Origin: the human T2T-CHM13v2.0 reference genome, Homo sapiens
Reading direction: 5' to 3' (one strand)
Length of the DNA: 64,000 bases
NCBI RefSeq assembly: GCF_009914755.1
Contig: NC_060937.1
Both the position numbers and the translations under genes were made by a program. Shown here piece by piece: positions 1-13,100 of this stretch. The first letter of the stretch is position 1, and the number at the start of each line of letters is the position of its first letter. A model generated the notes under the pieces. It saw nothing but the letters and a program-made list of their open reading frames with translations. It did not search any database and had not been told where the DNA came from.

Positions 1-36
1 TAGGTGCTCAGTATTTGTTGGATGAATAAATAAATA
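1..36 (+). mobile_element. L2 3' tail fragment
   Basis: taggtgctcagtatttgttggatgaataaat resembles the L2 terminal motif. Confidence 0.5.
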
Positions 37-1303
37 GGCATCAACATATTTTTAGCAGGACATTGCCATTATCCAAGATGAATTTAAGGAAGATAAGTGG
101 GACCTCCATAGGCAGAGTGGACTGAAGGAGGCAGAGATGGAACATCTGTATACTAGTCAAGAGGCTGCTAAACTGATTCAGACATAAGGGTCAAGCTGGG
201 ATGTTGGGCAGTGCAAACTGAAGGGAAGAAACATATGTGTCGTGAAGACTTTCCCTAAACCATTCCATCTGGGAGGATGTCATTTCCATTCATGCAAATC
301 TCCAAGGAAGGAGACCCACCACCTCATGAATAAGAATAATGCAATAACCCAGACAGGCCAGCACACCGGAGCAAAATCCTCGGGCAGCCATGGAAGCAAG
401 AATCCAACCCACACCATATTTTCAGTAGAAATGACCACTAATTTATGCACAGTTTTTCTGCCTATAATCAAAGCTAATTCTTAGTTCACTCTTGCCTCCT
501 CTAGACTCAACAACTCAAATTCTCCTAACTGCTTTCAGAGATCCATTCACTGAGTCTTCTCATTATTTCCGTTTTTCTTCCCTGATCCCGCTCCAAGTCC
601 CCTCTGCCTTATGTCATTTAGCTGAATCGGAAGACCAGGTTTGCTCCAGTCACACTCATCTGACAGGCCTGCTCTTTTCCTCTAAGTAGCTGGCAGGAGC
701 ATAGCTCTGTTCCAGGAGGGGGACCTGTCCTCATGGGAACATGGCAGTTATGGTCCAAGTCCAGCTGGCCAAGAACTCAGACTGTCCTCTCCTGAAGGTT
801 CCCCCACAGAAATCAATAAGAGCCCACCTCCAGACAGTGGCTGGCCTCAGATCTCAGAGGAACTCACCATCCTCTTCCTCTCCATCATCCTCTCTAAGCT
901 TCCCTGTCTTTGCCTCAGCCAAAGTCCAACCCATCAGGGACAGAAGAGTAATTGATGAAGGCCTTAAGGGATATCAAAGCGCTATTGAGCAAAACCACAA
1001 CTCAACAGCCGTGCAGGTGCTTCCTGCGGCAGGGAGGGAAAGAAGTGTCTTTAGAAAGCCCTAAATAACTCTAGGCAGGGATGTCAGCTTGACAAATGAC
1101 TGGTGAGAAATAGCCCTGTTGTTCTCTGGTGTGTGATTCATCCAAGGCTGTGCTGGGGTGGGGGGACAAGGCCCAGCCGTAAGTCCCACCGTTGGTCACT
1201 TGGGGCCGCTCTTCAGCTTGGCTCCAAGATGGATAAGAAGGCACTTTTGTTGGTGCTCTTGGCCTCTGTCACTTTGACCTTGTTTTCCAGTGGTTTTATT
1301 TAG

Positions 1304-1689
1304 TGGATTTGTGCTGATTTGGTTTGAGCCGCATTCAGAGGAGGATAGCAACTGTGGGGAGACTCTTTCTAAGCATCCGAAGGCCTCTCTCCCTTTGATG
1401 TTAGCTCCCAGTGCTTCTTGCCATCATAACATCAAAGACCAGGGGCTGCTCAGGGCAGAGGCCCATTTCATCTCCCTGTTCCCAGCTCCTCAAAGAGCTG
1501 GCTTATTGAAATGCTTGTCACGTGTTGAATGGATAAGTGAAAATATCCCGAGACCAAGGGATATGACATGACAGCTAGTTTCTAGACTTAGCGCTGGGAC
1601 CTTGACAAGGTGCACAGAGTCTCTGGGCCTCTGTATCCCCATCTGTAAAATAAGAAGGCAAGCTCTTGGGTCCCCTCAAACTCAGACCA
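1304..1689 (+). repeat. Left arm of local inverted duplication (includes L2-tail-like and MIR-like parts)
   Basis: 1368-1447 matches the reverse complement of 3921-4000 at 71/80 positions; the ORF track shows VEWISENIPRPR on both strands. Confidence 0.9.
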
Positions 1690-2842
1690 TGAGGTTCAGA
1701 GAGGCCTGCAGAGGCTGATTGGGGCCTACACCCAACTCGCAAGGAGGGGAACAAAGGTAAGGAGAACATGAGGGATCAGCAGTTGTTTTGAATGCCCAGC
1801 AGCAGGAGTAAACACCAGCACGTTGAACACTTGCGTGAAAGGTCTATGATGTTTTCAGTTAGGAGGTCGGCCTGGAGGCCCCCTGAAGTAACACTAGATG
1901 AATGTATTGTGAACAGCCAGTGGGCTGGTGTGGGCCACATGAGACACAAACAGCACCACTAGCCTCCCTGAGTTTACTGGGTCCTCTTCACCAAGGTGTC
2001 CCAGCCACCAGCTGGACATTAAGTCTTTGGTTTATGGTGTGTTTTTTGTTGTTGTTGTTGTTGTTTTCCATGAAACAGCACAGCAAATCCATCGTTAGAG
2101 GCCGGCCATCCCACCAGCAGGGATGATTTTGTGAGTGAGTCATGCTGAGGAGGCGCTGTGTGAGGTGGGGCTGCGGTTTATAATGAAGTCCTGCCTGGGA
2201 CTGTACTGAGGAGACAGCCCAGTGTGTCCCAGCACAGAGCCCATTTCTCAAAGCGGTCATCGTCTGATTCATTTTCTCATGCTGGGGGATGTGCTCTGGG
2301 TTTTAATGCCTTTAGTTTCCATCAATGGTAGCTTTGTTAGTGTTAACTGAAAGGAAGACAAATTTGTTTGAAATCAAGGTCTTGTGGATGCCTCAGTGTG
2401 TACCCTTCTCTGTGCAGAAAATGGCTGTAATCTTGAGATTGAAGAGTTGAATGAAGTTGTCTTCTTTATGGAAAGGCATTTCAGCAACTGTAATTAATGG
2501 TCACAAAAGTCATCAAAAGTTTTAACAATCCCAACAATCCCAGTTTCCCCTTTGCGAATCATTTTAGGTTTTTATATAAAGATCGCTGATGCCCCTATTA
2601 AGGCTCTTACTGCTGTAAAAGTCAGGTAGGTGAGACTCCAGCTTGGCCTTCATTTGTCCTTTTGTTTACGTAAAGCATCCAGTTACTCTTACACCTTGAC
2701 ATGGCTTAAGCAGGTCTGACGGGAAACAGCCTTGTTTCAGCTGATAATCTCCATGGAATGGACAGACTTCCCACTGCAGAATTGAGGCAGATAAAAGGAA
2801 AAAGAAGTGCTCTCACAGCAAGACAGCAATACCTTCATATAC

Positions 2843-2845
<3 letters not shown>

Positions 2846-2890
<45 letters not shown>
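2846..2890. repeat. (CA)n microsatellite
   Basis: About 22 perfect CA units. Confidence 0.98.
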
Positions 2891-2892
<2 letters not shown>

Positions 2893-2943
2893 CATTTGGG
2901 TGCAGAGTAAATACCTATTTGACATATCTTTTCTGAAATACAG

Positions 2944-3190
2944 ATTTTGAAACCACACAAACCTGGTTTTGATCCCTCTCTACCACTTGTTAGCATGTGA
3001 GCCTGGATAAGTTGATTAACCTTTCTGACCTTTGGTTTACTTGTTTATAAAATGAGGAAAATTAAAGTACCAAACCACAGTATTGTTGAAACATCAAAGG
3101 AAATAATATACATAAAGCATTTAGCACAGTGCCTGGAATATTCCAAGTTGTCCAATAAATGATTGATAATCATAACAATAACAATAATAG
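2944..3190 (+). mobile_element. MIR SINE
   Basis: Core gataagttgattaacctttctga...tataaaatgagg and 3' aaagcatttagcacagtgcctgg. Confidence 0.85.
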
Positions 3191-3365
3191 AATTTTCCTC
3201 TTTCCTGACAGAGAGACCTCTCAGCTCCTTGGCGCTCTATAGGAAGTCAGGGTTGATTCTGTTTGTGGTTTACCATTTAGGATTCACTATGAGGCAGAAG
3301 TACAATGTAAGTTACAAGCTATTATTATTACAAATAAGAATTCCTGGAGCAGAGACAATATGCAG

Positions 3366-4066
<701 letters not shown>

Positions 4067-4432
4067 AGAGAAGCAAAGCAGCCTGCAGTGTGGACAGAAG
4101 GACTGAACCAAAAAGTCCACACTGAGAGCTCAGCTTCCGGCTTTCTTCCTTGCTGAGACCCTCCCCTGCCCCAAATGAAATACAGTTTTTGCCCCATTAG
4201 GCAAAACGTCTTAATTAGCAAGGGACCGATCGTTTCATAATCTTTAAAAAGAACCCACAGTTCTCAAACACCCCCTCACATGGATGCACGTGAGGTATAA
4301 GACAGCAACCCAATGTCTGTTACTATGGAACTCAATGGTGTAAAATTAACTCACTAAAGCACACACCCACTGCAAAAAAAAAAAAAAAAAAACAACAAAA
4401 AACAGCCTTTGCCAGCTAGGTGCTTCAGAAGG

Positions 4433-4850
4433 TGATATAGTTTAGATGTGTGTCTCCCTCCAAGTTTCATACTGAAATGTAATTCCAAATGTTGGAGGTG
4501 GGGCCTAGTAGGAGGTGTTCGGGTCATGGGGGCAGATCCATCATGAATGGCTTGGTGCCATCCCCTTGGTGATAAGTGAGTTCTCTATTAGTTCATGTCA
4601 GAGTTGGTTGTTTAAAGTGCTTGACATCTCCTCCTCTTCTCTCTTGCTCCCTCCTTCGCCATGTGACATGCCCGCTCCCCCTTCACCTTCTGCCATGAGT
4701 AAAAGCTCCCTGAGACCTCACCAGAAGCCAAGCAGATTGGGGTGCCATGCTTGTACAGCCTGCAGAACCATAAGCCAAATAAGCCTCTTTTCTTTATAAA
4801 TTGCCCAGTCTCAGGTATTTCTTTATAGTAATGCAAAAGGGACTGATAGA
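4433..4850 (+). mobile_element. MSTB-type MaLR solo LTR
   Basis: tgatatagtttagatgtg start, ggtggggcct, cctgcagaaccataagccaaataa; 5-bp TSD GAAGG. Confidence 0.92.
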
Positions 4851-4894
4851 GAAGGCATTGATGTCACGCTACATATAAAATTTGCATTCTGAGA

Positions 4895-5030
4895 GTCGCC
4901 TCCCACTCAAACGTAAGCTCCATGTGTTCAGGGATTTGCCATAGGTCTGTTCACTGCTGCACAGCCAGTGCCTAGAACAGCACCTAGACAGAGCAGCCAA
5001 TAAATATTTATTGAACCAATAAATGAATCA
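4895..5030 (+). mobile_element. L2 3' end
   Basis: gtaagctccatg...ccagtgcctagaacagcacct...caataaatatttattgaa. Confidence 0.8.
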
Positions 5031-5069
5031 TACATGAACCAAGTATGAACAGTGGAGGCTGTGAACTGT

Positions 5070-5200
5070 CTCATGTGTGAGTTATTTACCATCTCTTTGC
5101 TGAGTTTCCTCATCCTGAAAAGGCTATATTAATAGGATTGTCGTAAGAATTGTTGGTTTGTGTAAATGTCTTTAAAGCAGTGCTAGTTAATGTTACCTAT
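5070..5200 (+). mobile_element. MIR fragment
   Basis: agttatttaccatctct...agtttcctcatc core. Confidence 0.55.
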
Positions 5201-5314
5201 TTTGGGCTCCATAGAGATTGTGCTTTTTCTATGTCCTCACAGAGGATTGGCAGATAGATATTCAGCGATGTAACATATATACCTGAAAATTATTTCACTC
5301 AAATAATCATGTTA

Positions 5315-5722
<408 letters not shown>

Positions 5723-6389
5723 TTATATGAAGTGTTCAGACTCATCCGTGATACCAAAAGAGCCACATTATATTTGGACACTTTCCCTGGTTGATCTCCT
5801 TCCTACAAGAATGGAACATGTAACGTCCTAGACACCCTGATGATTCTGTAGTATCAAGCCCCTTCTTGGAAGAAGGCCTCCAAGAGGTTTCCAGGTGGTG
5901 AGCCAGGCCAACCTCTTCAGGCGGTGAATCACACCATCCCTAAAGCTCATACCGGCTCACAGATAAGGCCTCTCACCTAGACCCCTCCAAAAGCTTCAGC
6001 TCAATGAAAAACAAAGTACATATGGTCTAGCTTTAATCAAAAACTGAGCAAACAATCAAAACAACAACTAGCAAAATGTGTGAATACCTGTTTCTAAGGT
6101 ATCAGAAACAACTTACAGACATGGATTCACCAAGTCTTATAAAATAGGATGTAAGGGCACATAGCCTCATATTTATTTTACCAAAGAGAACAGAAAAAGT
6201 CATTAAGAACCAGCAATGGAATCCATTCTCTCTCTCCTGGATGCACTGTTTAAGTAACTGCACACCCACCTAAAGTTCTCTATTAAAAACCAATACATTG
6301 AGAAAACAGTCATTCTCATATTCTACTGCTGAATCTGGCTTGGGACATTGCATTTGTAATAAAAAATATTTGCATATAGAGAAGAGCTG

Positions 6390-6600
6390 CAGAAATAGCA
6401 TGGATTTTGGAATCTGAAAGATGAAGTCAAATTCCAGCCGCATGACCTTCAACAAGTTACTTATGTAATCTGAACACAACTTTGTTCTGTAAAATGTGGG
6501 CAAGGATAGCAACCCAGCAATGCTGGTATAAAAATTATGGATACTATCTGTAAGCTTCCAGTAGATTGCCTCATTTATAAATGATACTTAGTAAAGGATG
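6390..6600 (+). mobile_element. MIR SINE (degraded)
   Basis: tgaccttcaacaagttactta...ctgtaaaatg core. Confidence 0.65.
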
Positions 6601-6643
6601 ATGATGATAATGCTGGCCTTCCCTATTCAAAAAGCACATTCTC

Positions 6644-6972
6644 AGCTGGCCACAGTGGCTCACACCTGTAATCCCAGAACTTTGAGAGGCCTAGGTAGAA
6701 GAATTGCTTGAGCCCAGCAGTTCAAGACCAGCCTGGGTAACACAGTGAGATCCCTTCTCTACAAAAAGAAATTATTTTTAAATTAGCTGGACGTGGTGAT
6801 GCAAGCCTGCAGTCCCAGCTACTCAGGAGGCTGAGACAGAAGGATCACTTGAGCCCAGGAGGTCGAGACTGCAGTGGGCCATGATCATGCCACTGCACTC
6901 CAGCCTGGGTGACAGAGCAAGAACTTGTTTCAATAAATAAATAAATGTAAACAAAACAAAACAAAACAAAAA
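6644..6972 (+). mobile_element. AluJ, full length
   Basis: J-type gcttgagcccag motifs; TAAA/CAAAA tail; TSD attctcag. Confidence 0.95.
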
Positions 6973-7601
6973 TTCTCAGGATGAACGAACACTTTGTCTT
7001 TCCCCCCAGTAATGTTATACTTACGAAAACATCAGGTGCTAAGATTTAATAGCTTATTAGGTCAATTTTTTCGGGGGATCCATTTGCAGAAATTAGATTT
7101 GCTGTATTGATTTGACAACTTTGCATAATCCCAACTGAACATTCCCAGCTAAAACAGGGTTTTTCTTTCCGGTTAACTTTAAGACTCTCTCTCTTTCTTA
7201 CTCCAGAAATTCATTTCTCATTTGGTTTGGGACAGAGCCAGCTGGTAAAAGGTTTCAGCATGTGTTTATTGCCTCTTTGTTCTCAAGCATTTTCTGGGGC
7301 CTCCTGGCAGCTCTGGTCTGGAGAAAGCAGCAAAACCCTCTGGGGTTGCAAAGCCCAGACAAATCCCAGGCTCTGACCATGGCCTAGGGGTGGTGAAGAA
7401 CAGCTAGAAGCCTCCCCTCCCACCCCAAACTCCTGCTCAGAACTCTCAGTAAACACAGGGCAGGAGCCCAGCATTTGGCCCCAGGGGCTTCCTCCTACTG
7501 GTGTTGTTTTGGAGTCAGCTGTGCTGCCTCTTGTCAGGCCCTACCCAGGACCTTTCCCCTTGATACTTGCCTGGTCTCCAACAAGCAATTGTTTGGGGAA
7601 A

Positions 7602-7642
7602 TGTGTGTGTGTGTGTATGTGTGTGTGTGTGTGTGTGTGTGT
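7602..7642. repeat. (TG)n microsatellite
   Basis: TG run with one interruption. Confidence 0.95.
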
Positions 7643-8023
7643 AGCCCATCAAAACTGTCTTCAACAATGACACTGCTGCTTGTAGACATTACAGATACCC
7701 TTGTCCTGGGAGGTCCTTGGGTGTCTTTCCAAATAGATTGCCTGAACACTCAACCCCGGTCCATGCCTCCAAGCCTGACCCCATTTAGGAGTCTTACTCT
7801 AAGCCTGGAGGTGAAAACAAGGCTTAGCCCCAGCAGAGTCACCACTGCCCAGCCTTCTCCACCTGCCATCTCCATACCACTTATGGTGTGCCATGGTGGA
7901 TGCATTAAAGGGCAGTACAACTCAACAGTCAATAGCACCACTGTAGCCTTCAGTTGACCAAGAGCCATATCTAGCTTTGCCATTTTGGGGAGCCTGTGTA
8001 CAAATATTTATTACTATAAATAT

Positions 8024-8170
8024 GGCCGGGCGCGGTGGCTCATGCCTGTAATCCCAGCACTTTGGGAGGCCGAGGTGGGTGGATCAGAAGGTCAGGAGAT
8101 CGAGACCATCCTGGCTAACACGGTGAAACCCCATCTCCACTAAAAAATACAAAAAATAAATAAATAAATA
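8024..8170 (+). mobile_element. AluY-type left monomer only
   Basis: gagatcgagaccatcctggctaacacggtgaaaccc, then the linker runs directly into (TAAA)n with no right arm. Confidence 0.9.
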
Positions 8171-8199
8171 CGATGTCCCAGGCCAGATCCATATTCAGC

Positions 8200-8370
8200 A
8201 GTAGGATTCAGGAGCTCTATGACATACCTGAGCCAAGTTCATTATCTCACTTTCCCTCAGTTCCTCAAATGTAAAGGAAGGAGAGTAGCACCTATTTCAC
8301 AGTGCTGTTGTGACAGTTCAATGAGATGGTGGCTGGGAAGGGCTGGTACATGTTGATAGTCAATACAGTA
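8200..8370 (+). mobile_element. MIR SINE
   Basis: cctcagttcctcaaatgtaaagg...gcacctatttcacagtgctgttgtga. Confidence 0.7.
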
Positions 8371-8564
8371 CAATCTGAACATAAAATTCCAGCCACCTGA
8401 GCTCTCCTCAAGCACACTCAGCAGCTTCGGGTTTGCTTGAGTGAACTCCTTGCAACCCTCTCAAGAGGCTAAGCATGAGAGTGAATTGATCCAGGTTTCT
8501 CTGGGAGTTGTTATGCCACTGGTGCTTTTTCCCAGCTTTGGGAATGGCGGGATTGAGTGATGGA

Positions 8565-8950
8565 ATAATGAATCCAACAAACATTTTTGGTGTCAGGCAC
8601 TTTTGAGGCACAAGTCTACAGAGAGGAAAAGGCCCAGGTCACTATCCTCAGGCTGTGCACATAGGACAGGGAGAGATGGAGACACCCGATCAGATATTGG
8701 CAATTCTCAGGGTGGTGAACTCTGTGGGGCTATGATGAAGACATTGGGAAGTGGCTAAGGCATCAACAAAGGCTCCCTACATGGGGTGTCCTCTGACAAG
8801 GGTCTCGAATAGGGGCTTACCCAGAGGAGAAAATGAGGAAGGGAATTGCAGGCAGAGAGAATAAGCAAAGGCACAAAAACAGCAAAGAAAATGCCCTATT
8901 TGGAGAATGATATAATAAATAGTTCATGTGGTTGGAATGGGAAGAAATTC
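8565..8950 (-). mobile_element. L2 fragment
   Basis: caacaaacattt...tgtcaggcact; ggaattgcaggcagagagaataagcaaaggc. Confidence 0.6.
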
Positions 8951-9170
8951 ATCTGGAAAAATTGGACTGTTAGGGACATCTATTCTGCTACAGTGACAGT
9001 TTGGCCTAGGCCACTCACTGAGACACCAAAATGAGACAATCAGCCTGGCTCTGTCACCCACCCTCAAGGTCCCCCCACCCCCAGCCACTGAGGGAGGAGA
9101 ACAATAATTGTCTTAACATGATTTAAGTGGTTCTCTCAGCTCTTGTTCTGTTGTATAAACAAATGTCTTC

Positions 9171-9508
9171 TTTTTTATATTTTTTATTTTTTCAAGATGG
9201 AGTCTCGCCCTGTCATGGAGGCTGGAGCACAGTAGTGAGATCATAGCTGACTGCAGCCTTGAACTCCTGGGTTCAAGTGATCCTTCCACCTCAGCCTCTC
9301 AAGTAGCTGGGACTACAGGTGCATACCACCATGCCCAGCATGTGTGTGTGTATCTGTGTGTGTGTGTGTGTATGTGTGTGTGTGTGTAGAGAGAGAGATG
9401 GAGTCTCACCATGTTGCCAAGGCCGGTCTTGAGCTCCAGTCCTCAAGCAATCCTCTGCCTTGGCCTCCCAAACTGCTGGGATTACTTGTGTGAGCCACCA
9501 TGCTCAAC
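9171..9508 (-). mobile_element. AluJ whose linker is replaced by a (TG)n/(AG)n microsatellite
   Basis: Antisense Alu arms; TSD acaaatgtcttctt on both sides. Confidence 0.95.
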
Positions 9509-11659
9509 ACAAATGTCTTCTTAAACTTCAGTTTCTTCATCAGAAAATAGGTTTGGGGTAGGTTCTTTCTTTAGAGGAAGAATGTCATGCAAAGCTCAGT
9601 TTCTCATCACCCACTGATGGAAATTATTTGGGGGCATTATTTGAATAAAGCAGTTGTTTAACATACCCTTCAAGAAGATCATGCAAAGCAACTTTCTGGA
9701 AATCAGTTCCACACATGGTAATAAACATCTTGAATAAATCTCTTCTCATCTCCTCATGGCCCAACTTGATTTCTCCCTGTCGCCTCTGCTCCCACCTGCA
9801 GAGTGATGAGCTATCAAACCTAACTATTGCTTCCACTTCTGATTCCTCCAAGGAGGGGGTCTTACATTTCAGCACAGAAGGAGGAAACATTAACACAGGT
9901 GAAAGTACTTAAGCTCCTCCCAGCCATCCTCCCTCATCCTTTGCCCTGACAAAGAAACACAGCTAAAATCTATGAGGGCCTTCAGTGATGAGCTGATAGA
10001 TCTATTAAATAATCTGACCCATCACCTAGAGTGGTCTGACACAAGTTCCTTTCCCATTCTGGTCCTAGAAAGATATTTTCTCTATTCCATCAGCAGTGAA
10101 ATTATCTCCGTGTTCGATCTGATCACAGCATCTTTGGAAATCACAGCCAGGCTTCCTGAGGCCATTGCCAGGCCATGTTTCCTACACAAACTGCCTGAAA
10201 ACTGACCATCAGAGAGTCTTCAGGGCATTAAGCCATCGGAATATTGACAATTCCACTCTTCACCGAAGGAAACTGAGCCACAGTAAGGATATGGGGACGC
10301 TCTGGACCCAGAGAAATTCCTCACTGGAAAAGAAAAAAACATTCAATGTCCTTACTTATGGCCTAAGATCCTGGAACTGCTTTCTCCAAGGCAAACTCAG
10401 GAATGCAGCACAAAGAGCCTGCGAAGAATACTGGTAGGTGGCTGGGGTCGTAGGAAGAGATAAGTTACAGGCAAACGTTTAAATACATATATATATGTAT
10501 ATATATGCACACAGAGAGCAAAATCCCACTGACCCATGGGAGGTGACTAGAGTTCCACAGTGAAAACTATTCCCTTCACCAAGATAACAATAAGAAACAT
10601 TTTCACATGAGAAAGTGAAAGCTTCAAGAAGAAAATGCCATTTTAAACCCTGGTTTACCAAAAGAGGTTGTTCTTCGTATTCCCCAAACTTTCTCAAAAG
10701 GTCTCAAATATTTGAGTGGTTGCTTCCAGACTGAAGAGCGTCCTCCTTGTTCTTACCTAATTTATTAAACACCCACTCTGCTCTGAGAACTCAGCATCAC
10801 ACAATGACACAGAGTCTTTGTAAAATGGAGTCAGCCTGCCCAGAAAGGGAAAATACAATTAAAAGATCTAACTACACTATCGAAAGAACAATGGTGCATC
10901 CGGTTTGCTTTCCTCCATTGAATTTACCTTGACTTTGATGTCAGCTGGCCCAGCCCTAGACTCATTTCTTAGTAAAATGCACATACCCAGAACTTGGAGA
11001 GAGGTTGGTGGAAATTTAAAAAAAACAACCCTGAGATCCATGTCTGGGCCAACTGGGGGAAAACAGGGACTGAACTCACAGGCAGCCCAAATGGAACTGC
11101 ATGCTGGAGTGGCTATGAGAACACAAACCTCCTTCTTCTATGAAGACATTCTGGAGACAGCTTTAAGAGCACCAAGAAATAAAGACTTGAGCTCATTTTA
11201 TCTGGTTCTTAAGGAGTAGGAAACCCCCGGGGTGATATTTGGGTGGTAGTAGAAAATTTTGTATTTCAGGAAAGTTTTTATATTTCAATAACCATGACCT
11301 CATTTTCTCTTCCCCAAAGCCTTAACTTGCTCCCAGAGAAAGACTATTACTGTTATTCCACAGGTGGTCCTGGGAAATGAAGACAGAATGGTCAGGTGGA
11401 AGGAAGAATCCCGTCAGGCTTTTAGGAACTCAATCCTGCGCCTCTCACTACCATCCCGCCTCTCTGGATTACCTTTTCCAACATATAGGGCTAAGCTATG
11501 GACTACAGCCCATCCTCCTACTTCCTGAAGTTCAGAGCGTGATCTGAGGCAGACACTTGGCTGACCCCTATACGATGGGTTCCAACTCCTTCTACTCCAT
11601 TGCTGCCTACTACAGAGGCCTGAGTTTAATGGTGCATTTTCCCTTGCAGCTAAGCAAGG

Positions 11660-12189
11660 TGTAGTCACCTAACAGCAATAATTTAAGCACATTCTTGGAA
11701 TGACCCCATTTGGCAGATGCATCTGAATGTGTGTTTTGTGCTAGGGAATCTGGGAGTGGCCAACCCAGAGATTCATTCCTTGTCTATGATAAACTTCTGA
11801 GCCCTCGGCCTGTCCCGTGGAACATGGGCCATGCAGGTGATTGAGGTCCTGCATTTTGGGCTAAGTGAAGGTTACCAGGTGGAGGTCATTGGTGGGAGGG
11901 TGTTAACTGAAAATGCCATGTGAACCATATGCTGTTTGCAAGTGGTTGCAGTTTTCCTGCCCAGACTGCCACCACTGGGCTGTGCAGTTATGCTGTCCAG
12001 TCCACTGCCACTGGACTCTTCCAATACGGAAGGTGGTTCTCCCCTCCAGCCTGCTGCCACTGGATTCCCTCCCCTGTATGTGAGCCCTTAATCAAACCCT
12101 ATGTCTCGTCTGCTGGCTCTAGGTCTCTTCTTCGGCCTTCTTGAAACTGGTGCCTTCCCTATTGAGGTTAACAGGGGTTCAGCACAACG
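11660..12189 (+). mobile_element. ERVL solo LTR, LTR47-like
   Basis: tgtagtcacc...ggggttcagcacaacg ends; 5-bp TSD CAAGG; three internal ccag..ccactgg repeats; family name from memory. Confidence 0.8.
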
Positions 12190-12334
12190 CAAGGGCAGTG
12201 TACCCCATTCTGGAATATAAGCAGAAGACTCCTGTGTGCAGCTTCCAGAATGAATTTTCCCTTCTTGAGGAAAAAGGACAGTGTTGGCTGGCCTGACTCT
12301 ACCACTCCCGCTTCTTCCTGCCTTCAACATGCCA

Positions 12335-12420
12335 CTTGGTCCACAGCGATTGTACAACTGAGACAGAATGCAAATTTGGGTCTTGCCTACTCCAAAGGCC
12401 ATGCTCCTAACCACCATGTC
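12335..12420 (-). mobile_element. MIR 5' fragment
   Basis: ctccaaaggccatgctcctaaccacc. Confidence 0.55.
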
Positions 12421-12487
12421 CTATTGCCTCCTTTCAATCATTTCATTGGCCCACAAATGACAGCCAGCAGAAAGAAACCAATACATG

Positions 12488-12690
12488 AGGCAGTGAGGAA
12501 TAGAAAAAAGTGCCCTGGACCAGGCACCTGAAGATTTATCTGAGCTCAGCTCAGGTGCTCGCTCTATACTAGCTGTGTGGCCTTGGGTCAGTCAATTAAC
12601 CTCTGAGTCTCATTTCCTGCCTTTGTGATAGCTAGCCTGGGAAACGTCTGAAGTTCCTTCCAGTTTTCAAATTCTATGGCTATGATTCTA
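12488..12690 (+). mobile_element. MIR3-like SINE
   Basis: actagctgtgtggccttgggtcagtcaattaacctctg core; ccttccag..aaattctatg..atgattcta tail. Confidence 0.75.
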
Positions 12691-12919
12691 GAATATGAAC
12701 CTACTCCAACCCTCCTAATAAGCTACCATATTCCCAAACCCCAGTGAATCTAAGGGCAACCCGGACCCTATGGAGGCAGCAAGTTTGTGACTCAAACCAT
12801 TCACGTCTCCATCCTTGTTCCTGCTGGACAACACCTTCCTGATACATTGGGAATGCACACGTCCCTACATCTTTGACAGGCTGAAGGAGAGTTTCCAATC
12901 ATTAATAGAAATGCACTGT

Positions 12920-13100
12920 GGTCTGGTAGGATTTGCATTCCAGAGACAGGAGGCAGAATCCTACCCCTACCACAAGTCATTTAGTTGTTCTGAGCCCAGG
13001 TTTTTCCTGTAAAATTGGGATAACAATGAAGTCTTCCTTACCCTAGTTCCATCCAAAGTTATTGTGAAGTCATGCAAGATAAATCACTTTTAAAATGGAA
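12920..13100 (+). mobile_element. MIR fragment
   Basis: caagtcattta...ctgtaaaattgggataacaat. Confidence 0.6.

Noticed and set aside
4345-4403. Blocks resembling Y4 RNA (attaac, tcactaaag, cccactgc) before a poly(A) run
   Set aside because: It needs two deletions, lacks the 5' end and has no clear TSD; too weak to call a pseudogene.
9624-9896. 90-aa ORF with plausible composition
   Set aside because: No recognisable family, splice context or retrocopy hallmarks.
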